Part shown: positions 1 to 8,770 of the stretch, in pieces
Layout of the letters: the number at the start of each line of letters is the position of its first letter
How positions within the stretch are numbered: position 1 is the stretch's first letter
Assembly: GCF_040883305.1 (NCBI RefSeq)
Contig: NZ_JBFLKT010000398.1
Coordinates: forward strand, 1-38,813
Origin: Lutibacter sp.
GTDB taxonomy: Bacteria > Bacteroidota > Bacteroidia > Flavobacteriales > Flavobacteriaceae
DNA length: 38,813 nt
Direction: 5' to 3'
The notes under the pieces: generated by a model
Told to the model about the DNA's origin: nothing
The model's database searches: none
What the model saw: only the letters and a program-made list of their open reading frames with translations
Made by a program: the position numbers and the translations under genes

Positions 1-830
1 GCTTTAGCAGAAGTTGAATTAATTCCTTCCCAAGTCATATAATTTTCCAAAGCAGCTGAAGGAAACCAAGTCATTTCCGCCATATACCGAATCATTGCAC
101 TAACATTTATTTTTTCGTTTTTTCCTTCATTTACAACTGGTATTATTGATGCTAATTTGATTAACATTTCGCCTTCTCCATTGGTAAATTTATCACGTCC
201 AACCATTTTAACCATTGGTAAACAATCAACTATTGTTGACCAAATAAACGCAGGATTTTTAACATCAAAATATTGTTTAGCTGAAAAAGCCATCCATTTG
301 CTTTGAGGCTTTGTTTTCATAGTCCCTTTTTGTTTTAAACTAACAGATACCACTTTGGCTTTACCTACAACGCCAGAATTACGCATCCATTTTTTAACTA
401 TTTCAGGTAAATGCGAAATATCTTTTTCAGAAATAATAGCAACATTTTCAACTTTAATATTCTGAAGTAATTGACTTGATTCGTTTTCAACCATTTTATT
501 AAATTGATGATTTCCAAAAGCTGAAATACTTACTAACAGAATAATAACATTCCCAATAGTCCCAAATTTGGCATCTTTCCAAAGCATTATAATGAGTATT
601 TGAGATAGTATAATTACAATGCCTGCTAGTATGAACCACCAATCTTTTTTTAAAAATAGAAGCGTGGCAGTCAATCCAAATAATAAAGCCACAAACAACC
701 AAAGCATTCCAATTGGTTTTGAAATACTTTGTGAAAGTTGATTAATTTCGGCCAATTGGAATGCTTTTAAAAAACCCAATAGATGTATAAGTGCGTGAAT
801 TATTATAATAATGCCAAAAACAAATCTCAT
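1..830 (-). CDS. DUF6544-family membrane-anchored protein (3' end runs off the window)
   Basis: Absent from the ORF track because it has no stop in the window. Manual translation from ATG at 830 is open to position 1: MRFVFGIIIIIHALIHLLGFLKAFQ...WKDAKFGTIGN...LPEIVKKWMRNSGVVGK...WMAFSAKQYF...RYMAEMTWFPSAAL. It has N-terminal TM helices and motifs I recall for DUF6544. Confidence 0.8.
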   Translation of the reverse strand, partial: MRFVFGIIIIIHALIHLLGFLKAFQLAEINQLSQSISKPIGMLWLFVALLFGLTATLLFLKKDWWFILAGIVIILSQILIIMLWKDAKFGTIGNVIILLVSISAFGNHQFNKMVENESSQLLQNIKVENVAIISEKDISHLPEIVKKWMRNSGVVGKAKVVSVSLKQKGTMKTKPQSKWMAFSAKQYFDVKNPAFIWSTIVDCLPMVKMVGRDKFTNGEGEMLIKLASIIPVVNEGKNEKINVSAMIRYMAEMTWFPSAALENYMTWEGINSTSAK

Positions 831-855
831 TATTTATCTTAATTTTAATAAATTA

Positions 856-1071
856 CTATTTCTTGATTTTATGAGTTTCTATATGATGTGCCAATAATAG
901 CTTTAAACTCTCTAAATAATCTTGCATCACTTTTTTATTGATTTCAGGGCTATTTTCTGAAGGAATTGCAAGTGGATTCTCCTCCAAAAACTGATATAAT
1001 TCTGGATAATTATTTTCAATTTCTAAGGTTAATTCTGTTATTTCTTTAAGTACTTTTTGTAAATTTCTCAT
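856..1071 (-). CDS. small hypothetical protein
   Basis: The ORF track gives 856..1095. The ATG at 1071 (MRNLQKVLKEI...NYPELYQFLEENP) avoids overlap with the upstream permease. Operon position and amphipathic helical composition support a real gene. Confidence 0.7.
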   Translation of the reverse strand: MRNLQKVLKEITELTLEIENNYPELYQFLEENPLAIPSENSPEINKKVMQDYLESLKLLLAHHIETHKIKK

Positions 1072-1087
1072 AATCTTTAAATTTTTT

Positions 1088-2305
1088 CTATTCATACCTT
1101 AATGCATCTATAGGATTTAATTTAGCCGCTTTTTTGGCTGGAAAATACCCAAAAGCAATTCCTACAAAAGCTGCAAACCCAAAACCAATTAGTATTGAAT
1201 AAAGCATTGTTGGTATGTAAAAATTTGTAACTTTATAAATTATCTGATTTCCAATAATACCAAGTAAAACACCTAATGTTCCTCCAGCCAAACTCAATGT
1301 AACCGCTTCTATTAAAAACTGAGTTAAAATATCACTTTCTCTAGCTCCAATTGCTAAACGAGTTCCAATTTCTCGTGTTCGTTCCGTTACGGATACCAAC
1401 ATAATATTCATAATTCCAATACCTCCAACCAATAATGAAATACTTGCTATTGCACCTAAAAGAATGGTTAAAACACCTGTAATATTTCCAGTAATTTCTT
1501 GCAATTCAATTTGAGTAGTAATTTCAAAGTCATTTTCATCTCCTTCTAAAATCCTATGAGATTCTCTAAGTAATTCTGTAGCTTCAATTTTAGCGTCAAT
1601 AATATGATCTTCACTAATTGCACTTGCCATTATAATATCATAACCTCTTCTATGACCGTGCAATCGATTTTGAATTGTTGTATAAGGTGCCAAAATAATA
1701 TCATCTTGATCTTGTCCCATCGTTCCTTTTCCTTCCTCTTTTAAGAATCCAACCACCGTAAATGGAATTTTATCTAGTCTAATTTGCCTACCAATTGGGT
1801 CTAAATCTAAAAATAATTCATCTTTAATAGTTTTACCTATTACACATACTTTTCCTGCATTTTTCACATCCTCTTCTTTAAAGTATTCACCAGTTAACAA
1901 ATCTCTACTTAAAATATCAAAATATTGATCGGACACTCCATAAATTGCAATAGATTTATACCCATTTGGACCAATAGCTTGAGCCACTGATACTACTAAA
2001 GGCGATAATTTTGAAATCCAAACTGAGTTCTTTTGTAACATCTCAAAATCTTTTTTATTTATTGGTCTTCCCATTCTAACATGTGCACCTGCCCGATGTT
2101 CCGTTTTAGTATAAATCATTAGTAAATTAGTTCCCAAGCCAGCTATTTCATCCTGAACTTGCTTAGTTGCTCCTTCACCAGCTGAAATTGTCATAATTAC
2201 CGCGGCAACACCTATAATTATTCCAAGCATAGTTAATAAACTGCGTGTTTTATTTTTAAAAATCGCTTGAAAGGCTACTTTAAATGTTTTTAATAATTGT
2301 TTCAT
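1088..2305 (-). CDS. ABC transporter permease, MacB/FtsX family
   Basis: RSLLTMLGIIIGVAAVI N-terminus, periplasmic domain, GGIGIMNIMLVSVTERTREIG and PAKKAAKLNPIDALRYE C-terminus. Confidence 0.95.
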   Translation of the reverse strand: MKQLLKTFKVAFQAIFKNKTRSLLTMLGIIIGVAAVIMTISAGEGATKQVQDEIAGLGTNLLMIYTKTEHRAGAHVRMGRPINKKDFEMLQKNSVWISKLSPLVVSVAQAIGPNGYKSIAIYGVSDQYFDILSRDLLTGEYFKEEDVKNAGKVCVIGKTIKDELFLDLDPIGRQIRLDKIPFTVVGFLKEEGKGTMGQDQDDIILAPYTTIQNRLHGHRRGYDIIMASAISEDHIIDAKIEATELLRESHRILEGDENDFEITTQIELQEITGNITGVLTILLGAIASISLLVGGIGIMNIMLVSVTERTREIGTRLAIGARESDILTQFLIEAVTLSLAGGTLGVLLGIIGNQIIYKVTNFYIPTMLYSILIGFGFAAFVGIAFGYFPAKKAAKLNPIDALRYE

Positions 2306-2314
2306 TTTAAATGG

Positions 2315-3058
2315 TTAAGCCGTTAACTCCAAATCTTTTAATGCACTTTCTTTAGTGCTTCTATTTTTTATAATCTCATCAGTTAAAATTCGTCCATCTC
2401 TCAGATAAATCATCCGTTTAGCAAACTGAGCAATTTCGGGCTCGTGAGTAATCATTACAATGGTTTTTCCTTTATTATTTAATTCAACAAACAAATCGGC
2501 TACATCAATACTTGCTTTACTGTCTAAATTTCCAGTAGCTTCATCAGAAAGAATTAAAGCAGGATCATTTACTAAGGCTCGTGCAATTGCCACGCGTTGT
2601 TGTTCTCCTCCTGAAAGTTGATTTGTTTTATGATTTAATCTATCTCCCAAGCCAACCTGTTCCAACGCTTTTTTTGCCAGTTCTTTTGAATTAGAAAATC
2701 TTCCTGTTCTATTATAAACCAAAGGCAATTCAACATTTTCTAAGGCAGTTGTTCTTGACAATAAATTATAACTTTGAAAAATGAATCCTATTTTTTGATT
2801 TCTTATATCTGCTAACTGATTCTTATTTAACTCATTAACATGTACTCCATCCAAATAATAATCACCAGATGTTGGTTTATCTAAACAACCTAAAATATTT
2901 AAAAATGTTGATTTACCCGATCCAGAAGCACCCATAATGGCAACAAATTCTCCTTCTTCTATTATTAAATCTACATCTGTTATTGCGTGTACTTCTATTT
3001 CTCCATTTTTAAAAACGCGACATACTTTTTTGGTTTCTATTACTTTTTTTGATGGCAT
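2315..3058 (-). CDS. ABC transporter ATP-binding protein, MacB/LolD type
   Basis: Walker [10 protein letters not shown], signature [15 protein letters not shown], Walker [13 protein letters not shown]-loop ITH. ATG at 3058 is preferred over the overlapping 3085 start. Confidence 0.95.
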   Translation of the reverse strand: MPSKKVIETKKVCRVFKNGEIEVHAITDVDLIIEEGEFVAIMGASGSGKSTFLNILGCLDKPTSGDYYLDGVHVNELNKNQLADIRNQKIGFIFQSYNLLSRTTALENVELPLVYNRTGRFSNSKELAKKALEQVGLGDRLNHKTNQLSGGEQQRVAIARALVNDPALILSDEATGNLDSKASIDVADLFVELNNKGKTIVMITHEPEIAQFAKRMIYLRDGRILTDEIIKNRSTKESALKDLELTA

Positions 3059-3062
3059 TTTT

Positions 3063-4280
3063 TTATTTTTTAGATTTAATACCATTAATTGCTTTTAATT
3101 CTTCTGATAGTGGTGAACCATCTAGAAACCTTTTTATTTCGGATTGTAAGCCTGTTTTTATTCCTATTTCTATAAATTTAAAATCCAGTTTCCCTTCTGA
3201 ATTTGTATAAAAGAAAATATTAATATTGGATGGTAATCCTTTTTTGAAATTACTTGGAGTGTAAGACTGTTCATTGTTAATAGCTTTTTTAAACTTTTGA
3301 TACAATGAATCTGAAAGAACATTTTTTGATTTCCCCTCTAATTTTGATTTAACCTCTTTTAACATTGTCTCATTAGGTCTAAATCTTAATGCAGAATTAT
3401 TAATAAGTAACACATCTTTTGCCGATTTGGTAATAAACTCCAAATTAGCGGTCATTCCAGGTAGCAACAATCCTTTTTTGTTATCAACATCAACTACTAC
3501 CTGATAATTTACTACATTATTTATCTCAATTGGTTGCAGCCGTATTTGGCTAACAACGCCATAAAATTCTTTCTCAGCATATGTTTGAACTGTAAAACGT
3601 ACTTTCATACTATCACGAATAAAACCAATATCGCTCTCATCTACATCCGCAAGAATTTGCATTTTGGAAAGATCCTCTGCTATTATAAACATTCTTGGAG
3701 TTGCAAAAGAAGCTGCAACTGTTTGGCCTTCTTCCACACTTCGTTCTGTTATTGTACCACTAATTGGTGCAGTTATTTTAGCATAACCAATACTGACTTG
3801 TATATTTTTAACAGCTGCCTCTGCTGCTTTTTTTGCCCCAATTGCCTGATCATAAATAAACTTATAATTGGCTAAATCTTTTTCTGAAATAACATTTTTA
3901 TTAAACAATCCTAAATTTCGTTCATATTCTTTTTTTGAATGCGCTAACTGGGTTTGGCTTATAGCTAAATTAGCTTGTGCACTTATTAAATTGGTATTCA
4001 ATAATTTCAAATCCATTTCTGCTAACAGTTGTCCTGCCTGCACTTTATCATTATAATCAACATATATTTTTTTTATGGTTCCAGAAATTTGCGTTCCAAC
4101 CTCTACTGTATTAATAGCTTCTAAAGCACCAGTACTAGATACAATAGCTTCAATAGTTCCACTCTCCAATTTTATGTACGTAAATTCAATGTTTTTTGAA
4201 GCTATTGCTGGCTTTATTTTAATATAAAATAGTACAGCAATAACTATAAGCCCAACAAAAATCCATCTCCACTTTTTCAT
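3063..4280 (-). CDS. efflux periplasmic adaptor (MacA/HlyD-family membrane fusion protein)
   Basis: N-terminal TM, VEVGTQISGTIKKIYVDYND, coiled-coil hairpin, ITAPISG, VDESDIG and LLPGMTA motifs. Confidence 0.95.
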   Translation of the reverse strand: MKKWRWIFVGLIVIAVLFYIKIKPAIASKNIEFTYIKLESGTIEAIVSSTGALEAINTVEVGTQISGTIKKIYVDYNDKVQAGQLLAEMDLKLLNTNLISAQANLAISQTQLAHSKKEYERNLGLFNKNVISEKDLANYKFIYDQAIGAKKAAEAAVKNIQVSIGYAKITAPISGTITERSVEEGQTVAASFATPRMFIIAEDLSKMQILADVDESDIGFIRDSMKVRFTVQTYAEKEFYGVVSQIRLQPIEINNVVNYQVVVDVDNKKGLLLPGMTANLEFITKSAKDVLLINNSALRFRPNETMLKEVKSKLEGKSKNVLSDSLYQKFKKAINNEQSYTPSNFKKGLPSNINIFFYTNSEGKLDFKFIEIGIKTGLQSEIKRFLDGSPLSEELKAINGIKSKK

Positions 4281-4324
4281 TTTTTTATACGTTAAGCATA
4301 ACCTAAAAAATAGTTGTTTAATAA

Positions 4325-4792
4325 CTAGCGAGCTTTCGTTAAAATTCTAATCAATTCATCGCTTTCTATCAAATGTTTAGTAACTTCAAAAACCTCTTTT
4401 CTATTGGTTCTAAAGGTTTTTACAAATTTTGTTATGTCATTTTCCAGTTGTTGATGCTCTGTTCTAAACTTGTGAGAATCATATTTAAAAGCATCTTCCA
4501 TTAACCCTTCAATATGAGTTAAGTGTTTATTAATTCCTTGTAATAAAACATCACATTCTTTAGTTGTTTTGACAATACTTTTTTCAATGTCACGAACATT
4601 TTCTAAATCATCTTCTTTCGAAATCCAAATAACATATTTATCAATTAAATTGTCTAAAAACCTTAAATCATCTTTATAAAATAATAGGTCTGATTTCCAA
4701 TGTTTGGTAAGTATGTACAAATCTTGCCATGATGCATCAAAAATATAATTGCCATTTGGTCTGTTTCTTAATTCTTTTAAATCATTTTTCAT
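4325..4792 (-). CDS. hypothetical protein (predicted all-helical)
   Basis: 155-aa ORF leading the ABC operon; helical heptad pattern with W-x-S-x-L-x-F and several His. No function recognised. Confidence 0.75.
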   Translation of the reverse strand: MKNDLKELRNRPNGNYIFDASWQDLYILTKHWKSDLLFYKDDLRFLDNLIDKYVIWISKEDDLENVRDIEKSIVKTTKECDVLLQGINKHLTHIEGLMEDAFKYDSHKFRTEHQQLENDITKFVKTFRTNRKEVFEVTKHLIESDELIRILTKAR

Positions 4793-4812
4793 GATAGTAG
4801 CTTTTGTACCAT

Positions 4813-4917
4813 TAAAATTATCAAACTAAAAAATTGAATAAAATGACCGACATCATCAATAAACCTTCAAAACTTGAGAGATATCATTTAATTTTTAGAG
4901 TTTGCTTTTTAAATTTA
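4813..4917. promoter_or_regulatory. divergent promoter pair, each with a CRP/FNR-like box 22 nt upstream of a -7-like element
   Basis: Minus: box 4843-4856 (ATGACCGACATCAT on +) with TAATTTTA at 4813-4820. Plus: box 4874-4887 TTGAGAGATATCAT with TAAATTTA at 4910-4917. Confidence 0.65.
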
Positions 4918-4933
4918 TTAAACAAAAAAAAGT

Positions 4934-5779
4934 ATGAAAACAATTATTTGTGCAGTTGATTATTCAACAAATGCCATAGCTGCTTTAAAATATGCAGATG
5001 CCTTAAACTCTAAAATTGGCTCTAAATTATACATATTAAATGTGTATAATAATACTTCCTTGGGTGCATCAATTAACGAGCCTTATTTGTTATCAGAAAA
5101 AGAATTAAAAAAGGAAAAACTTTTTAAACTAAAATACTTTTGTATAAAACATTTAGGCAATAACCTAGAGGCTAAAAAGATTGAAATGGAGGTTATTGAA
5201 GATACTTCAGTAGTTATGGGAATTAATTTTGAGGCTAAAAAAATAAATGCTTCATTAATAATTAACGGAATGAAAGGTAAAGGAAAATTAAAGAGTTTTT
5301 TACTAGGCAGTACCACAAAAGGGCTTATCTCAAAAGCGCCTTGCCCTGTACTTTCAATTCCAGAAAAAGCTGTATTAAAAAAACTTAAAACTATAGTTTA
5401 TGCTACCGCTTTTGAACAAGAAGACATTTATGCTGTTGCCAAACTTACAGAAATTGCTGCCGTTTTTAATGCTACAATTAAAGTAATACATATTTCACCT
5501 CTAAGTGAAAAAGATGGTGCAACTCAAATGGAATGGTTTAAAGAAATGTTATTGCAACGTGTTAACTACACTAAAATAGATTTTAACATTTATAGTTCTA
5601 ATGATACTCTCCATTTTTTGAGATTATATTTAAATGAAGTTAAAGCTGATATGATTGCAATGTTAGAACGCAACAATGTTAAAACTTTTTTGAATAAAAT
5701 TTTTCATAACGATTTAGTTAAAGAAATGGAATCTTTGGCTTTATTGCCTTTAATTAGTTTTAATGAAAAGAATTTTTAA
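4934..5779 (+). CDS. universal stress protein (tandem USP domains)
   Basis: MKTIICAVDYS start, GMKGKGKLKSFLLGSTT, APCPVLSIP, second domain IVYATAF. Confidence 0.93.
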   Translation: MKTIICAVDYSTNAIAALKYADALNSKIGSKLYILNVYNNTSLGASINEPYLLSEKELKKEKLFKLKYFCIKHLGNNLEAKKIEMEVIEDTSVVMGINFEAKKINASLIINGMKGKGKLKSFLLGSTTKGLISKAPCPVLSIPEKAVLKKLKTIVYATAFEQEDIYAVAKLTEIAAVFNATIKVIHISPLSEKDGATQMEWFKEMLLQRVNYTKIDFNIYSSNDTLHFLRLYLNEVKADMIAMLERNNVKTFLNKIFHNDLVKEMESLALLPLISFNEKNF

Positions 5780-5789
5780 TTAAAAAACA

Positions 5790-6380
5790 GTGAAAAAAAA
5801 AGTATTAAAATTATCCGCAATTTTATTTCTTCTTGTTGGATTTATAGGCACTAGCCAGTTTAAGGCTAAAATGGTGTTTAACACACTCAATAAAGAAGGT
5901 GTTTTCACAGTTTATGCAGCTGAAAATGGTTACAAATATGAATTTAACGAAGACGGAAGAGCAGGTGTAATTATTGTAAAAACAGACACTAAAGAAGTTA
6001 TTATTTTAATGCCCCAAGAAAAAATGGCAATGAAAACTATTGCTGAAAGTCCAATGAGTATGGGTAATGATCCTCTACAAGCTTACCAAAATTATAAAAA
6101 TAGTGAGCTTTTAAAAGTTGTTGGTAAAGAAACAATTAATGGTATTGAATGTGTAAAATCTATACTTTGGAATAAAGAAAACCCAACTCAAAAAATGTTT
6201 ACACTTTGGTTTTCTGAAAAATATAAATTCCCAATAAAAATAATTAATCATATTGATGGTATTGAAAAATCTGGAATGGAGGTAAAAGACATTGAACCTT
6301 GGACACCAAATGCAACAAGTTTTTAAATTCCAGAAGGATATCAAATAATGGATATAGGAGGTGCAATACCAAAACACTAA
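5790..6380 (+). CDS. DUF4412-like exported protein with an in-frame TAA at 6324-6326 (possible nonsense allele)
   Basis: Signal-peptide-like N-terminus and GKETINGIECVK motif. The frame continues past the TAA as IPEGYQIMDIGGAIPKH to a TAA at 6378-6380. Confidence 0.7.
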
Positions 6381-6391
6381 ATTTTTAAGTC

Positions 6392-7264
6392 ATGAAAACA
6401 ATTTTATTGGCCATAGATTATTCTAAGAATGCTATTACGGCATTAAAATATGCCCAGGCATTTAGTAAAAAAATGGATGCCAGTCTTTCGGCAATTCACG
6501 TGTTTGATTATCCCACCGTTTTAGGCACAAAGGTTCAAGAGCCACTTCCTCATTTGGAAGAAAACACTTTAAAGCAAAAACTTTCAGAACTTGAAAAATT
6601 TTGTAAACAACATTTAGGAAATAATCTCGAAGAAATGAATTTGAGTTTTGAGGTTGTGGAAAATAAATCTGTTGTTAATGGTATTGTCTCAAAAGCTGAT
6701 GAAATTAATGCATTTATGATTATTGCAGGAATGAAAGGTACAAGTTTGTTAAAAGAACTTGTTATGGGAAATACAACAAGACAACTTATTAATAAGGCGC
6801 ATTGTTTGGTGTTGGCAGTTCCGGAAGATGTTAATTATAATCACATTAAAACAATAGTATATGCTACAGACTTTAAGGCAGATGCAGATATTGAAGTAAT
6901 TAAAAAAATATCAGAAATTGCAAAGGTATTCGATGCTACAATAAAAGTGGTTCATATTGCCACTAAGAAAGAATATGCTGGAGAATTACAAATGGAACAG
7001 TTTAAAGCAACTTTAAAAAAGAAAGTAGCATATCTAAAAATTGAATTTAAAGTGCTGTTTTCCGAAGATATATTTGAATCCTTAAGAATATTTTTAGGAG
7101 ATGTAGGTGCTGATTTGGTAGTTATGCTTGAAAGAGAAAATACAGGTTTCTTAAAAAAAATATTTCATCAGGATCTAGTTAAAAAAATGGAAATTTATGG
7201 CAAAATCCCATTAATTAGTTATAATGAAAATAACTTTGGGATATTTCATTTTCTAAATCTCTAA
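6392..7264 (+). CDS. universal stress protein (tandem USP domains)
   Basis: MKTILLAIDYS, GMKGTSLLKELVMGNTT, IVYATDF; clear paralogue of 4934..5779. Confidence 0.93.
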   Translation: MKTILLAIDYSKNAITALKYAQAFSKKMDASLSAIHVFDYPTVLGTKVQEPLPHLEENTLKQKLSELEKFCKQHLGNNLEEMNLSFEVVENKSVVNGIVSKADEINAFMIIAGMKGTSLLKELVMGNTTRQLINKAHCLVLAVPEDVNYNHIKTIVYATDFKADADIEVIKKISEIAKVFDATIKVVHIATKKEYAGELQMEQFKATLKKKVAYLKIEFKVLFSEDIFESLRIFLGDVGADLVVMLERENTGFLKKIFHQDLVKKMEIYGKIPLISYNENNFGIFHFLNL

Positions 7265-7284
7265 CTCTTTAAATAATTATAGCA

Positions 7285-7584
7285 ATGGCAAGAAGAATAT
7301 ATAAAATATTAATTGTAATTTCCATAGTGCTTGGATTCTATTTATATACAATTAAAGATTCTTATTCCAAAACTTTTTTAATTGTAGTTTCAAGTCTTGT
7401 TTTTCTGTTTTTAAGTATGGGAATTCACGGGTTAATTGCACACTCATTAAAACCAAATGTAAAAGGTGCTCTTATTGCATATCCAATTCTAATGGGAGTA
7501 ATTTGGTCTGTATTATTCTTTTTGTTTGTGTTTTTTATACTCCCAATTTTCTGTCCAGAATTTAATTTGCTCCTAAGCCCATAA
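7285..7584 (+). CDS. small hypothetical membrane protein
   Basis: 99 aa with about three hydrophobic segments, 20 bp after the USP gene. Confidence 0.7.
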   Translation: MARRIYKILIVISIVLGFYLYTIKDSYSKTFLIVVSSLVFLFLSMGIHGLIAHSLKPNVKGALIAYPILMGVIWSVLFFLFVFFILPIFCPEFNLLLSP

Positions 7585-7633
7585 CACATATTAAAAACAA
7601 AAATAATGACAGCAAAAAACAGCTATTTTAATG

Positions 7634-8266
7634 TTACCTTTTTCTAATTAGCTGTTCGGTTTCAAGTTGGGCAATAATTCTATCAACATAATCTTTTACG
7701 GTAACAGAAATTGTTTGAGGATCCACAATTTTAAACGACCCAACCCAAATAAGCGATTTATTTTCAGCACCATTTAAATTGTAAATTGATGTTTCTACAT
7801 GATAAACATCGTAAATTTCGTAATATCCTGGTGTATAATAAATGTCTTGATACCAATAATAATACCTTCCAAATCTTGACCATCCAAAACCTACCCTTGG
7901 ATAATTCTCATAATAACTTTTTTGTTTTTCAACACCTTTTACAACTGTAATTACTACAGCATCAAAACCATCTCGAGATATATTTTGAATCATCTCATTA
8001 ATTTCTTCCTCACTTTTTTTTGAACTTGTAAAACTTTCATTTAAAACGGTAGTGCTTTCAACTGCATTTATATTTCTAAAATTTAAAGCACTTGTAAAGT
8101 CTTCTTCAAAAATTTTGCGAGCTGTTAGGTTATCTGTAATACCAACAACTAACGCTTTTTTTGGATTAAAAGAAGTAGTTTCAGGGTTTTTCCAACTATC
8201 AACAAATTGTGTAGAAGAACAACCTGTTAAAGCAATAAGTACTATAATTATTACTATTTTTTTCAT
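7634..8266 (-). CDS. lipoprotein, DUF4136-like
   Basis: Lipobox LTGC after a hydrophobic signal, Tyr/Gly-rich insert (YYENYPRVGFGWSRFGRYYYWY) and LIWVGS C-terminal strand. Confidence 0.75.
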   Translation of the reverse strand: MKKIVIIIVLIALTGCSSTQFVDSWKNPETTSFNPKKALVVGITDNLTARKIFEEDFTSALNFRNINAVESTTVLNESFTSSKKSEEEINEMIQNISRDGFDAVVITVVKGVEKQKSYYENYPRVGFGWSRFGRYYYWYQDIYYTPGYYEIYDVYHVETSIYNLNGAENKSLIWVGSFKIVDPQTISVTVKDYVDRIIAQLETEQLIRKR

Positions 8267-8286
8267 AATATAAATTTTTAGATTCT

Positions 8287-8382
8287 TAAAGTTAAAATTA
8301 CCAGATAATTTGTGGAATGATTATTATCAATTATTGGTTTGAGGAATATCATTTTCAAGTGTATATATTTAATTTAAATTCA
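8287..8382. promoter_or_regulatory. second divergent promoter pair with CRP/FNR-like boxes
   Basis: Minus: box 8317-8330 (TTGATAATAATCAT on -) with TAACTTTA at 8287-8294. Plus: box 8339-8352 TTGAGGAATATCAT with TAAATTCA at 8375-8382. Both spacers are 22 nt. Confidence 0.65.
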
Positions 8383-8409
8383 CTTATTATTAATCTAAAT
8401 TAAATTAAA

Positions 8410-8613
8410 ATGTCTGTATTAAAAGTTATTGAAATCTTAGGGAATTCAAAAGTTAGTTTTGAAGATGCCGTTCAAAATGTAATAAATGAAGCGGCTAAAT
8501 CCGTTAAAAACATTAAATCTGTATATGTTGTAGATATGCAGGTTACTGTAAACAATAATAAAATTAAAGAATACCGAGTAAATACAAAAGTTACATTTGG
8601 TATTATTGATTAA
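8410..8613 (+). CDS. dodecin family protein
   Basis: 67 aa, KVIEILGNS..SFEDAVQN...A.KSV...YRVNTKVTF. Confidence 0.88.
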   Translation: MSVLKVIEILGNSKVSFEDAVQNVINEAAKSVKNIKSVYVVDMQVTVNNNKIKEYRVNTKVTFGIID

Positions 8614-8647
8614 TTAGTTTTCCTATAAATAAGGTAAAGTTTGGTTT

Positions 8648-8698
8648 GAGGTGTTTTTAAAAAGAGTTTGAGTTAGTATTTAAAAACACCTCTTTTTT
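8648..8698 (+). terminator. intrinsic terminator after dodecin
   Basis: 14-bp inverted repeat GAGGTGTTTTTAAA (8648-8661) / TTTAAAAACACCTC (8679-8692) followed by T6. Confidence 0.7.
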
Positions 8699-8770
8699 AA
8701 TTTCATTTAGTTGTGGTCTACTGTTTAGAAAAACTAAATATATTTTATTAAAACACTAAAAATTCATTTC

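Noticed and set aside
499-702. 67-aa minus-strand ORF
   Set aside because: It is an alternative frame inside the DUF6544-like gene, which is open from 830 to the window edge, so no frameshift is needed.
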